Origin: Cetorhinus maximus
Taxonomy: Eukaryota
DNA length: 64,000 nt
Direction: 5' to 3'
NCBI RefSeq assembly: GCF_964194155.1
Contig: NC_135884.1
Location: 144,274,001 to 144,338,000 of the forward strand
Shown: positions 23,846 through 36,856 of the stretch, piece by piece
Layout: each line of letters opens with the position of its first letter
Position numbering within the stretch: position 1 is the stretch's first letter
Program-made: the position numbers and the translations under genes
Notes under the pieces: model-generated
Seen by the model: only the letters and a program-made list of their open reading frames with translations
Database searches by the model: none
What the model was told of the DNA's origin: nothing

Positions 23846-25368
23846 TATTCCTAGTATTAGCCTAGTAAATGTTCTCTGAACTGCTTCTAATGCATTTACA
23901 TCCTTCGTTAAATAAGGAGACCAATACTGCACACAGTGGTCTCCAAATGTGGTCTCATCAATGTCCTGTGCAACTGAAGCATAAGCTCCCTACTTTTTAA
24001 AAATTTATTTCCCTCACAATAATCGATAACATTTTAATAGCTTTCCTAATTACTTGCTGTAAGCCTTTTATGATTCATGCACTAGGACACCCAGATCCCT
24101 CTGAATCTCAGAGCTTTGCAATCTCTTGCTATTTAGATAATAAGCTTATTTTTTATTCTTTCTGCCAAAATAGACAATTTCACATTTGCTCACATTATAC
24201 TCCATTTTCCAGATCTTTGCCCACTCACTTAACCTATCTATGTCGCTTTGTAGTCTCCTTATGTTCTCTTCACAACTTACTTTTCTACCTATCTTTGTGC
24301 CACCAGCAAATTCAGCAACCATTCCTTCGGTCCCTTCATCCAAGTCATTTATATAAATAGTAAAACGTTGAGGCACACCGCTCATTACACCCTGCCAACC
24401 AGAAAAAGACCCATTTATGCCAACTCTTTGTTTCCTGTTAGCTAGCCAATCTTCTATCCATGCCAACATGTTACCCCTTACACTATGAGCTTTTATTTTC
24501 TGCAATAACCTTTGATTTGGCACCTTATCAAATGTTTCTGGAAATCTAAGTACAGTGTATCCACTGATTCTCCTTTATCCACAGCACATGTGACTCTTTC
24601 AAAGAACTCCAATAAATTGGTTAAACATGATTTCTCTTTCACAAAACCACATTGACTCTGCCTGATTGCCTTAAACTTTTCTAAGTGCCCCACCATAACA
24701 TCTTTAATAATAGCTTCTAACATTTTCCCTATGACAGATGTCAAGCTAACTGGCCTGTAGTTTCCTGCTTTCTGTGTTCCTCACTTTTTGAATAAAGAAG
24801 TTACATTTGCTATTTTCCAATCTAATAGAACCTTCCCCGAATCTGGGGAATTTTGGAAAATAAAACCAGTGCATCAACTATCTCACTAGCCACATCTTTT
24901 AAGACCCTAGGATGAAGTCCATCAGGACCTGGGGATTTGTCAGCCTGCAGCTCCAAACATTTGCTCAATACCACTTCCTGATGCTTGTAATTTTCCTGAG
25001 TTCCTCCCTCTCTTTTGTTTCCTGATTTACAGCTATTTCTGGGATGTTACTTGTATCCTCTGTAGTGAAGACCAGTGCAAAATATCTGTTCAATCAACCT
25101 GCCATCTCCTTATTTTCCATTATTAATTCCCCAGACTCACTTTCTATAGGATCTACGCTCACTTTGTTAACCCTTTTCTTATTTAAATATCTATAGAAAC
25201 TCTTACTTATCCACTTTTATGTTTGTAGCTAGCTTTCTCTCGTACTCTAATTTTTCCCTCCTTTTTAATCTTTTATCTCATCGGTTCCCTTGCCTGGTGC
25301 ATTTCAAAATTATTTTCTAAAATTCTAATGCATTACAGAATTAATTATTAAAGAGGCAAAGGGGTACT

Positions 25369-25836
25369 GAGCAGAATTTTGTACTTTGGGGCGAGACCCC
25401 GATGTTGGCGTCCAATGTGGTCACGATCTTGAACCGTGTGGGAAATAGTCGCCTGGCATTGATTTCCCTGAATTGGCCAATTAGTGATCATGTGGTGGGT
25501 GCGCCACCCAATTAAGGAAGGTGGGCGGGCTTCTCTTGGAAGGAGCAGCAGCCTACAGTCCAGGTAGGAGAGAGAGTTGGAGGTGGGGGGGCTCTGCTTT
25601 AAGGTGCCTTCTCTGCACATTTAAGAGTATTAAATTTAAAAATGGCCTCAGCAGTTGGGCCAATGCTGTGGAGGGAAAACTGCTCCAGAAGGTGACTTGC
25701 AGCCGTGGATGTAGCAGATCAGGTGCAGAGGGCATCAAAGCCTGCCTGGAGCGATTCCCCCCTCCAGCATCTAGTCGGCCACCAGGAGGCCGTCTCCAGG
25801 CAGCCCCCTCCCAATCCTGCCTCCGAGAAAATAGCC
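25369..25836. mobile_element. Degraded Harbinger-type MITE
   Basis: Starts gagcagaatttt and ends near gagaaaatagcc; aattggccaatta and ccaattaagg subterminal motifs. Confidence 0.5.
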
Positions 25837-27071
25837 TGGGGTAGGGGAGTGTGCAGATGGTGCCAGAAATGTGGCACATCAGCCAGTGACACAGATTTCA
25901 GTGCCCACCCATCTGTTTACTCCATATGGGGGTGAGAAGTACTGCCAACGTGTTTCAGGATTTCAGGTACACCCATTAAACAAAAGTTGCAAAGAAATGT
26001 GATTTATTTCAACATTCTTTTGTTTGTTTTATGTGAATATTTTAGTTTCAGGCTCACTGATCACAGCTGTATGGTAGGGACAGGCCTGAGCAGCCTGGCT
26101 TGAAGTTGAAGGAACTGTTTTAACATAATGCAGTCAAAATGCATTAGTGACTGGAACTGTAGCTAACTGATGTTAAGCCAGCTCCCTCGTACCCTAGTTC
26201 CATAACTCCTTCAAGCCAGTTCCTTAATGATGTAATTAGCACTCCCCGCATCAACAGTAAGTTTCCTTGTACCTTAGCAGCTTCAAATTGGTTGGATTTT
26301 CCTGAAGTTTAATTTCTTCCCCTCCAAATAAAAACTGTGCTATTGGTCAGCAATATTCCATTAAGGGTTAAAATAGATTCCACTGCAATTACCTTTGCAG
26401 TTCCTCACATATCTTTCTTAAAAGAATTGTGCAATTCCACTTCCTGCTGAGAATTATCATAAATATGTTGCAGACTTAAGGCTCAAACATGTTGCTTGTT
26501 ACACTGTGGGTTCATTGTGAACCAACAGAATCCCAATCTGAATACAGGGACTGTCATTCAAGTGCACTAAAACAATGTGGCAAATGACAAATTCATCTAC
26601 AATTACAGTAATCAAAACACAACCAGTGTTGGGCTTCTTTGCAAAATGCCTACCAGGCAATTCATTCAAATAGAACAACAAATATTCTAATAAACTGGAT
26701 TTCTGCCACGGCCTTTATGTTCTTTATATTTATATATTAATTCTTAAGGAATTCACTGGACTGGATCACATTACCATTAATCTGTATGTATGGTTTGCAG
26801 AACTCAAACGGTAAACACAATATATAGACAGGGCCCCCAATGCTGCAGAATTTATCCCTGCCTCAGAAATGGAAACAGGGAAATTGGTGGAAGTAGAACT
26901 GATGCAAAAACAGAAAAGCAAGGGGAATGTGAGAAGTACAGTTGAATTGTACAATAACTATGAAGTTGCGAGCTCTGTGTGACTTCCATCTTAACTGAGG
27001 GGTTTACTGCCAAAGCTGACTATGCGTTTTTCCCATTCCCACTTCTCAGGTCCCCTCTACGTCTTCATATT

Positions 27072-27992
27072 CTTTTTTTCTTTTTGTTTATTCATTCATA
27101 GGATGTGGGTCAGCATTTATTGCCCATCCCTGGTTGCCCTTGAGAAGGTGATGGTGAGCTGCCTACTTGAGCTGCTGCAGCCTATGTGGTGTAGGTACAC
27201 CCACAGTGCTGTTAGGGAGGGAGTTCCCAAATTTTGGCCTGGTGACAGTGAAGGAACGGCGATATATTTCCAAGTTAGGATGGTGAGTGACTTAGAGGGG
27301 AACGTCCAGGTAGTGGTTTTCCCATCTATCTGCTGCCCTTGTCCTTCTAGATGGTAGTGGTCGTGGGTTTGGAAGGTGCTATCAAAGGAGCCTTGGTGAA
27401 CCCCTGCAGTGCATCTTGTAGATGGTACATACTGCTGCTGCTGTGTGTCAGTGGTGGAGGGAGTGAATGTTTGTGGATTTGGTGCCAATCAAGTGGGCTG
27501 CTTTGTCCTGGATGGTGTCAAGCTTCTTGAGTGTTGTGGGAGCTGCACTCACCCAGGCAAGTGGGGAGTAGTCCATCACACTCCTGACTTGTGCCTTGTA
27601 GTAGGTGGACAGGCTTTGGAGAGTCAGGAGGTGGGTTACTCATTGCAGGACCCCTAGACTCTGACCTGCTCTTGTAGCTATACAGCTAGTCCAGTTCAGT
27701 TTCTGGTCAATGATAACCCCCAGGATTTTTATAGTGGGGGATTCAGTGGTGGTAATGCCATTGAACATTAAGGGGCGGTGGTTGGATTCTCTCTTGTTGG
27801 AGATGGTTATTGCCTGACCCTTGTGCGGTGTGAATTTTACTTGCCACTTGTCAGCCCAAGCCTGGATATTGTCCAGTTCTTGCTGCATTTGGACATGCAC
27901 TGCTTCAGTATCTGAGGAGTCACGAATGGTGCTGAACATTGTGCAATCTTTAGAGAACATCCCCACTTCTGACCTTATGATGAAAGGAAGGT
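27072..27992 (-). mobile_element. LINE family B, 3' ~920 bp
   Basis: ORF 27640..28008(-) DLPFIIRSEVGMF...DNIQAWADKWQVKF...KILGVIIDQKLNW, followed by the 3' UTR and A-rich tail. Confidence 0.92.
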
Positions 27993-28059
27993 CTCTCAGT
28001 TCTGCCATTGCTTCTTCCAGTCCTGCTTCTCTGTGTTGCTGATGTCCATGAACTTCCTT

Positions 28060-28320
28060 TTTGGCTGTGGTGGATTGCAGTTGGGGAGTAGGTTGATGAC
28101 TGGTGGTTCCGTTTGATTGGCTTGAGTTGGTTAGCTTGTTGTTGATGAGTAGCTGGCTGGTTGGGTTATGGGTTGGCTGACTGGCTGGTTACGGGTTATG
28201 TGATTGTATGGCTGCATACGTTTGTGTGACTGCCTGGTTGGATACCGGTTGCGCGACTGGCTGGCTGACTACAGCCTGGCTGGCTGCTCCAGTCTGTTTC
28301 CTGTGCATTGACTGGCTTTT
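28060..28320. repeat. Degenerate (TGGC/TGGT/TGAC)n low-complexity tract
   Basis: Repeated ggctggtt, ggctgact and ggctggct units. Confidence 0.65.
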
Positions 28321-30375
28321 GTAGCCTTTGCCTCAGCTCCTGTTCTCCTCTCCACAGTGAGGACTAACTTTATAGTGCAAGAGCAATTTTGTAGACCTTT
28401 CTTTTCAAATCAGAAAATACTGTTTTTTTAAAAAAAAATAAAAACCTAAACTTTCTTTAAGATATAAGTTATGTCTGCCGCAGAATCTGTATTCTCTTGC
28501 TACAGAATTTGATTGGACTTTGGCAGAAATTGAGATGTTGCAGGATTTTTTTGACCGCCTCCATATAGAATGACCAAGGTGCAGAAGAATGGAAAGATTT
28601 GTGCAGCTTTACATTACAGGATCACCTCTGATGAGAAGAGTGCCTTAAGAGGCAGCCATATGAACTAAACAATCTGGTACTTTGGTGATACCAAACCTTC
28701 TGTGAGGTGACACTGTACTGGGTGTCAAGTCCACCATTTTGGCTCTGGCTGAGGTAAACCCGCCTCTACCAAATTTTTATGAAGCTTACTCAGACATTGG
28801 AGAAGTTATCTGCATGCCTGAACCGTTGTAATATAAACAGGATATCAGACAATCTGGGCCACGGCGAGTTTTATCTTTGAATAAGCTGAAAACATTCCTA
28901 TTTCTTATTTTAATTCCCCTTATTTTCCTCTTCCATCAAACCAACTACTAGCGATGGCCATCGAGTCCAGAGAGTGAGCTGTTAGTCCAGGTAATCAATT
29001 AACTTCAACAAGCAATTCTGCTACGAAATGATCAGAAGGAGAAACAATGTGGTTAGTACAGGAGTTTGCGGGGGTTGGTTGGTGGTGGGTGGAAGAAATT
29101 TGAATGATGCAGTGGATTAAAGTATTATCCAGGCACCTCTGAGACCTCAGTTTGAATCGTGAGGAATTTGATGAAAGTCTTCAATCTCTTTCCCTCGCCT
29201 CTCCTGGCAAAGACTCTTAAGTACATGAATTCTAATTGTTTCAAACCAGTTTCCTTTAGAATTGACTCCTCTGCTTGAAAGAGCCCCAAATTTAGTATTG
29301 ATTACACAATTTTGCTCAGATATCCCATTTACACGGGAGATCAAATTCAGTTCAGATCACATTGATCCAAAGTAAATTTGACCTTCCCAGTGTTTACATA
29401 ATACCTTCTCGCTGAACAATCCCATGCCTGCAATAATATCCAGTCACAGCCTGGTGTACACATTTTAATACAAAGGACAATTATACCAGCCAACTAGTAG
29501 TTGTTTTCATGTAGGATCAGAAATCAGCAGCACAGCAGTTGAAGCTTCATTGTATGGACTCACAAAGTGGCAGCACCTATGTTTGCAGCTGATGGGTCTC
29601 CATGTGCAAGTTCCAATCTTAGAGAAAAATAGCAAGCAGAGGCTAAATGTTCCTCTTGACCAATTCCTGGAGGTGTCAGCTGTGGCTCAGTTCATAGCAC
29701 CCTCGCCTTTGAATCAGAGGGTTGTGAGTTCATGTCCCACTCCCAGAAAAACCAAGAACTGTGATTGTACTCGAAAGAGTTGCAATCTGTGACTGTTGAT
29801 AACTCGAAAGAGTTTGACCAATTCCTGGCCAAACGACCTCAGTCTACTCTTTCACTTACCAGTGGCAGGTTATTGTGTAGATTTGCAAGGCTGCCTGACT
29901 ACTGTTTCAGATGAAAATAGCCCCAGTGAATGATGAATTAGTATGAGGAGAGTCGGCAACTCCAAACTGAAGGGGGGGCGGAAAGGAGGGAAATTATAAT
30001 CGTGATAGGGAAGCAGAAGCTTAAACCATAAAGCAATGATGAAACCTAATGGACACATTCTCAACATGCAGTGCATTAATGCCAGGGAATTGCAAATTCA
30101 GAATCAGTGTTCAGCTACAGAAATAACACATGAGCAGTTCTGAAGGCAGAGTGCAGGAAATGGAAAGGTTGAGATGCTATCGAAGATTGGATGGAGTTCT
30201 TGCCTGAGACTGAAATTGAGGTAGATCGGCTTTGACCAGGAAGCCACACATCTATGCAAGTTCACTCCAGTTACACCATTATCGTACAACTGAGTTGACG
30301 CGGTAGGTCAAAGATCAATGCGTGGCAAAGGAGAAGGTAGCCCACGGTACTGTTTGAACAGATAAATAAGGGAAT

Positions 30376-30760
30376 ATCTTGCTTTTATATAGCGCCTTTC
30401 ACAACCATTGGTCATCCCAAAGCGCTTTGTAGCCAATTAAATATTTTGAACCATAATTGCCGTTATAATATAGGAAATGCGACAGCCAGTTTGCGCATAG
30501 CAAACTCCCACCATCAGCCATGTGATAATAACCATTTAATCTGTTTTTGTGATGTTGATTGAGAGATAACTATTGGCCAGGACACTAGAGATAACGACCT
30601 TGCTCTTCTTTGAAGTAATGCCATGGGATTTTCTATGTTTACCTGAGAAAGCAGACAGGGCCTCGGTTTCCTGACTCATCCAAAATATGGCACACTCTGA
30701 CAATGCAGCACTTTCTCAGTACTGTACTGGAATGTCAGCCTTGATCATTGTGCTCAAAAC
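30376..30760 (-). mobile_element. SacSINE1-like SINE
   Basis: cttgc.tttatatagcgcctttcacaacc...ggccaggacact...cagtactg.actgg. Confidence 0.88.
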
Positions 30761-30945
30761 TGTGAAGCTGGGCTGAAGTAGCTCAAGGAAATCCTTTTGA
30801 CATTAATGTGATATATAGACTAATGTTAAGATGTCTGTTGTTTGTTCTGATCTTATTAAGCCCATATCCCTTATGTTAATTTGCTGCTTAAAGGGACGTT
30901 ATTTTTGAATATGATATATTCTGCTTCTGCCTCCAGCAACTCCTG

Positions 30946-31645
30946 GGGCTGAATTGTCTCCCCACCGGGGGAGAGGTTGATGGGTGGGCGCGCTTCCGGT
31001 CAGCACCCCCGATCGGAGGCTCGCTGCCATTTTACGTGGGTGGGCCAATTAAGGCCCGCCCAGCGTGATGTCCGCACGGAAGCGCTATGTGCTCCCTGTG
31101 CAGGTGGGGGGGGAATCCCAAAATCGAGAGTGTGCTCTTTTGCGCATTCACACAAAAGAGCGCACTCATCTCCCTGAGGCTAAGTGCTGCCTCGAGGAGA
31201 TCGGCTCCAAATGTGAAAAAGACAAAAATAGAAAAATAAAATTTCCCATACATGTCCCCTCATGTAACAATGTCACATGAGTTGGGACATGTTCATAATT
31301 TTCACAAAACCTTTATTTAAATTTTTTAAAGCCTACATGAAACCTCATCCCGCCCATGGATGAGGTTTCATGTTTTTTTCTAGTTTCCGCTGGGGCTCCT
31401 GGCCTGCCCGCCAACCTTAAGGTTGGACAGACAGGTCCTTTAATTACTTAACTGACCCTGTCAATGGCCTCAATTGGCCATTGACAGGCCGGCAGACCCG
31501 CAGCTGATTTTGCTGAGCCCCCGCCTACCTGAAAATTTAAATGGGGCGCGGTGATGTCGGGAGTTCCCCCCGATGTCACCACGCGTCATTTTATGCATCG
31601 GCGAGCGGGCCCTGCCCCCACTCACCGACTCATAAAATTCTGCCC
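30946..31645 (-). mobile_element. Harbinger-derived MITE with 3-bp TSD CTG
   Basis: ctg|gggctgaatt ... aaaattctgccc|ctg; subterminal blocks inverted relative to the 4949 and 16539 copies. Confidence 0.88.
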
Positions 31646-31914
31646 CTGAACATTGTACCTCTTTAATTACGCACCGGGAAAGTTACCCTCCCCTTTAAAA
31701 ATGTCCTGAGAAAAGCTGGACAATGAACTGTCTCAAATGACATAATTATCAGAATGTGCTAGACCTCCATTACACATGATTGAAATTTCACAAGCACCAA
31801 GCTTGAAATAGGCTGGCATTGGTTACTTTAGGAGAAGTTTTGTTCTAGCTATTGTAAGGTAACATGATAGAATATTTGGTAAACCTGTTCTAGTTTGGGG
31901 ACAGGGAACCAGAC

Positions 31915-32185
31915 AAGCTCTGTGCCATTATAAAAGCAAAATACTGCGGATGCTGGAAATTTGAAATAAAAACAGAAGATGCTGGAAAAGCTCTTCAGGT
32001 CTGACAGCATCTGTGGAGTAAGAAACAGAGTTAATGTTTTGAGTCTGTATGCTCCTTCTCCAGAGCATGCTTTGAAGAAGGGTCATACGGATTCGAAGCG
32101 TTAACTCTGTTTCTCTCTCCACAGATGCTGCCAGACCTGCTGCATTTTTCGAGCATTTTCTGGTTTTTAAGCTCTGTGCCATTAT
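31915..32185. mobile_element. PLE terminal mini-palindrome with perfect 17-bp TSD
   Basis: TSD aagctctgtgccattat at 31915-31931 and 32169-32185; two divergent degenerate hammerheads at the centre (~32030-32065 on -, ~32069-32106 on +). Confidence 0.92.
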
Positions 32186-32547
32186 TGCCTCAATGACATT
32201 GTGTTCCATTATTGTCAGCATTTGACCACTTTTCCTTGATTTGCATACTTTTTCAGGTAGATAATACCTCTTAAAATTGAATTGGCATTTTGGGTTATGA
32301 CTGTATGAAATATTTAAGTCGCAAATTGACAGCTTCTAGGAGCAGTGTTCCAAATAGACTGTGATCAAGAATGTATTAATCTGTGAATTCCAGCCACCCA
32401 GAACAACATCTGGCATTTTTTCTATGTTAGAACTTTCCTCTGTGTTTCACAAGCAGGCTCTTTGCTGTTCTCCAAGTGCTCACATTCGAGCACACACTAA
32501 GAAGACCACGAAGATTAGAGCATTGCTATGTTTTAATAAAAAGTCAG

Positions 32548-32992
32548 AGAGACTTGCATTTATATAGCACTTATTATGACCACCGGATATCCCAAAGCGC
32601 TTTACAGCCAATGAAGTACTTTTTCAAGAATAGTCACTGATGTAATGTAGGAAACCTATCAGCCAATCTGCACACAACAAGATCCCACAAACAGCCATGT
32701 GATAATGACCAGATAATCAGTTTTTGTGCTGTTGATTGAGAGATAGATATTGGCGAGGACATCAGGGATAACTGCCCCGCTCCTCTCCAAAATATTTCAC
32801 ATCCGCCTGCGAGGGCTGATGGGGATCTCAGTTTAACGTCTCATCTGAAAGACGGGACCTCCAACCGTTCAACACTCCCTCAGTACTGCACTGGAATGAT
32901 AGCCTTGATTTTTGTACTCCAGCCCTGGAGAGGGATCCAACACACAAGCTTCTGACTCAGAGGCAAAAGTGTTGCCAACCGATCCATGGCTG
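32548..32992 (-). mobile_element. SacSINE1-like SINE, full length
   Basis: gacttgcatttatatagc ... ttctgactcagaggc...ccatggctgac. Confidence 0.9.
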
Positions 32993-35900
32993 ACAAAGAG
33001 GTATAGCTTCCCAATTGACCCATGTACATCATGTACAGAAAGGAAAATAAAGAGAGGAAAAATGGGATTAAGAGAAAGATGTAGAACAGAATTTTTTTTT
33101 CTCAATCGCCAATGATAATTAAGGTCTGAAGGGATGAGAATCCACACTTGTAAATGTTAATTTTCAGTCCTAGAGAGGTTCTTTGGAAAGAATTAAGACT
33201 TGTTACACCAATAAAAGTTTCTGAACACCTGAACAGACCAGCGCAAACTTTTTCTAGTGCATTTCATACCTTCATGCTCTTATGTGTTTTATTGCTGAAC
33301 CTATCTGTGAGATACTAGTGTAGTGAAGTTTGTGGAGGAAGAGGGCAACTCAGACAATAACATCCTGATTTTGGCATCTATTTAATGAGTGGTCACTGGA
33401 AGTTGCTGTCCGTGTACTCCTCAATAACGCTGAGTGCTGATTGCCTCACCGTGATAGTTCCTGCAAAATCTGGCTCATAACGTTTATTTTAGAACATGGG
33501 AATGTGAGGCAGCTATTTTGGAACTAGGCAGAAAACAGCTGGAGCCAGTAACAGCATAGGCCTAGAAATTCTGTCAATGTGTTGCCTCCATCTGTATAGG
33601 AATCCCTATTAATTTGAGCACATCATGTTTGTAATGCCATTAACATACTTTTACTTTTGACCCTTAAATGCTGTTCTCATTGCACATCTTTGTTTATAAT
33701 ATATTTGGTGTAGCTAATTTAGCTGAAGACATTTGCATAGAATTCCCATCCCTTCACACTGTGTAGAATTGCTATGAGGGAAAGTGACTGCCGCAATGGG
33801 TTAGACAGTGCCCTTCATCTCTTGCACTCGCTTATTTCTTGGATCTGGGTCAAAACCTTGCCCAACTAGTATGGTGAAGGTCTGCATTGCCTCCTGTCTG
33901 AAAAGTAACCTTTGTTTCGATAGTCTAAATGCAGTTCCTAGTGGATACACATCCTACAGTCAAATATGGTTAGTGCAAGAAGTTCAAATAGCACCCAGTT
34001 TGGGGTGTTGTGCCTTTATGGGATATCACTAGAAGGGAAGTGTCCTAATGTCTCTAAGCTATACAACTATGTAAGGCTGTTCTCATGTGCCTAGTCTTAA
34101 TAAATGAACCAACAAGTTGACCAAATCCCTTATGAGCGATTGGTGCCTTGTATCCTGTACAGCAAACAAGCCTATCATTACAATAACACAACATGGGTTG
34201 CTCTTCTGAGGTTGGGGTATAGTAGAGGGTGATTCATTGAGCATCTAACTGTGCTTTATCTGACCTGGGGATGATGTTTGATGCTGACAATGTGGCACCT
34301 GAAACAGAAAGTATCCCATTTCCCCCCAGCACGACCCTTTATGAACAAAGAAAACCGAAAATGCCTATTGCATAGAATGCCCCATGTACAGAATCTGTTC
34401 CTGCTCATTCATAATGCAGAATTCCACTATTATGAAGAATTCCAAGTATGAAATTTGTTTCCATTTACGCATATTATGCAGAATTCCTGATACCGGTATA
34501 AAATGTTTTCAATTATAATTTAAAAAGCAGCACATTTAAGCCTAGTCACTATATATATAATATATATATACACACAAAATGTGTGTATATATATCTCCTG
34601 TTGGTTTTGTTGAGGTCGAAGAAAAATCAAAACTTCATTCAGATCAAATTTACTGAATGAATGATTAAATGGGCTGTGGTACAAAGGTTTGCAAATTGGC
34701 TATTTTTGTCTGCAGTGATCCAAGAATAATCCTGATCCAAGCATAACATTTCCACCCAAACTAGTTATGCATTTATCAGGAGTCAGCCTGTACCTATTAA
34801 CTTTTCTTTATAAAAAAAAATCGCATCCAGCCTTCTGTGTTAGAATCGTAAAGGAAAAGATTGGTTTTGGATTTTAAGCCCTCTGGTTGAGCCCATTGTT
34901 GTAATCTCAGACCTTCTTTTCCGATACTCATTATATTACAGACTTCTAAGCTGTAGCACAATGGAGTCGGGGGAGGTAGCAGGGGCGGGGGTACCCTCCA
35001 GAGAAAGCATTACCACCATTAAGTTAATCTTTTCTTTTATTTCTTTATAAATCTTTTGCCAGTTATTTTTTTTTCATTTGTTTTGACAGAAGGGTAAAAT
35101 AATTCTGGAGGTTTTTTTCTCTCTCTCTCCAGTGTGATTGAGGAGGCATTAAAATGCTGGGAGATTGTCTGTGTAACCTGCGCTGGGGCTGAGGCAGAGG
35201 GAGAAGCGACAGTGGTGTCAGGTATAATGAAACCCATTATGCACACGGATATGCAGGTCAGAGTGCCAGGTGCAATGCAAAAGATTCGAGCCCCCCAACT
35301 CTACAGTGTATGATGATTCATCAAGAGTAGCAGCCTTAAAGCACCTTGCATTTTTGAAACAGTGCAAAAAAAAATCCCCAGGTTCCTATTGTTTTCGATG
35401 GGCTGAAACAGCTAGAAAAACATGCATAGTGTATGGCGTTTTTCATTTTGGGAAGAAAATGACTGAGGCAGCAGTGTAACGTGTATGCGGGGGCGGTTCC
35501 CTTTATTTAACATGTCCTTCAGTTCATTATCTAAATAAATCACAGTGTAACGGGCTCCATCGCCGAATATTTACAATAAAAAAGATCAGTGTGTGCGTGC
35601 AGGTCTTGGGGTGGATCTGCCTCCACTTTGGAGTCTCAGCTTTCTGCTTCCCTTGGAGTTGACAAGCAGGTAGGATAACACAAGAGTAATTATAGTTCAG
35701 CAGGGCTGCCAGGTGTGATAAATGAGCAATCAGCACGCAGAAACCCAGGTTCTCAAAGGAGGACTATTACCAGCTTATCAGCTGCAGGCTTCATGACTGC
35801 TGCCTAGAACAGAGACTAGGACAGCCCCCATTTGCTTCAGCCTCCTGCCTATTTAACAAAACATGTGTATTCACAAAAACCAGCCAAGGTCCAGGTGTCT

Positions 35901-36433
35901 GGTGTTTGTCAATTGTGTTGTACAGATTGTACCAATATAGACTTAAATTATTGATTGCCATTACGATAAGAGCATTTTGAGTGCATAGTGCATTAAAGAG
36001 AGAGGGGACAAAAAAAAGTAGCTTTTGGCCATTCCTGTTTGCTCATGGATTAATCCATTTTGCGCTGATGCACAATCAGCAAGACTGACCTGTTTAAAAC
36101 AGACTTAGTCAAAACAATAATAAAAGGTGTACACATGTAGAAGGGGGAAGAAAACAGCATCACAGAAGATTTCTCAAGGTTTTGCCCTGCGGCATCCTGC
36201 TAGGTACAAATGAAAGCACCAGTGTTTACAGTATAATCTTAAACTTCTGAGATTGATAGTAGAAAGCATCGCCCCGCATGCTCTCACAGAATCACGTTAT
36301 TTGTGTTTTTTTAAAACGTGTTTTTGTCAGAGGTTTTAAAGAAACTTATCATTACTGGCTATAAAGCACTTTAGGATCTCCTGTGGCGACAGCCACCAAA
36401 TAAATGCTAGCCTTTCTTTGAAATACGTAGAAA

Positions 36434-36846
36434 TAAAGACTTGCATTTCAATAGCACTTTTCACAACCTCAGGATGTCCTAAAATACTTTACAGCCAATG
36501 AAGTACTTTTGAAATGTAGTTACCGTTGTAATGTAAAAAAAACAGCAGCCAATTTGCACACAGCAAGATCACACAAACAGCAAATGATAATCAGTTTTAG
36601 TGGTGCTGGTTGAGGAATAAATATTGGTCAGCTAGGGTACCAGTAGAATGCCCCTCTTTTTTTTCAAATAGTTCCATTGGATCTTTTACTTCTCCTGAGA
36701 GGGCAGAAAGGGCCTTGGTTTAACTTTGCATCTGAAAGATGGCACCTTCAACAGTTCAGCACTCCCTCAGCACTGCACTGAACTGTCAGTCTAGATTTTG
36801 TGCTCAACTCTACAGCCTGGGACTTGAACCCATGACCTCCTGAGCC
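36434..36846 (-). mobile_element. SacSINE1-like SINE
   Basis: aaagacttgcattt...gacttgaacccatgacc (B box on -). Confidence 0.9.
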
Positions 36847-36856
36847 AGGAGTGGGA

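Larger units (their letters stand above)
22570..25270 (-). mobile_element. CR1 LINE, 3' ~1.9 kb, interrupted at 23029-23845
   Basis: ORFs 24493..24744, 24146..24523 and 22673..23077 give the RT and C-terminus (KSCLTNLLEFFE, YLDFQK, WIEDWLANRKQRV, LSYEERLDRLGL). Confidence 0.93.

Noticed and set aside
29769-29814. Repeated actcgaaagagtt with a nearby ctgttga, resembling a hammerhead or CRISPR-like repeat
   Set aside because: Only two units and no stem II; best explained as a small tandem duplication.
34548-34595. Palindromic (TA)n/CA-TG stretch
   Set aside because: Ordinary microsatellite self-complementarity.
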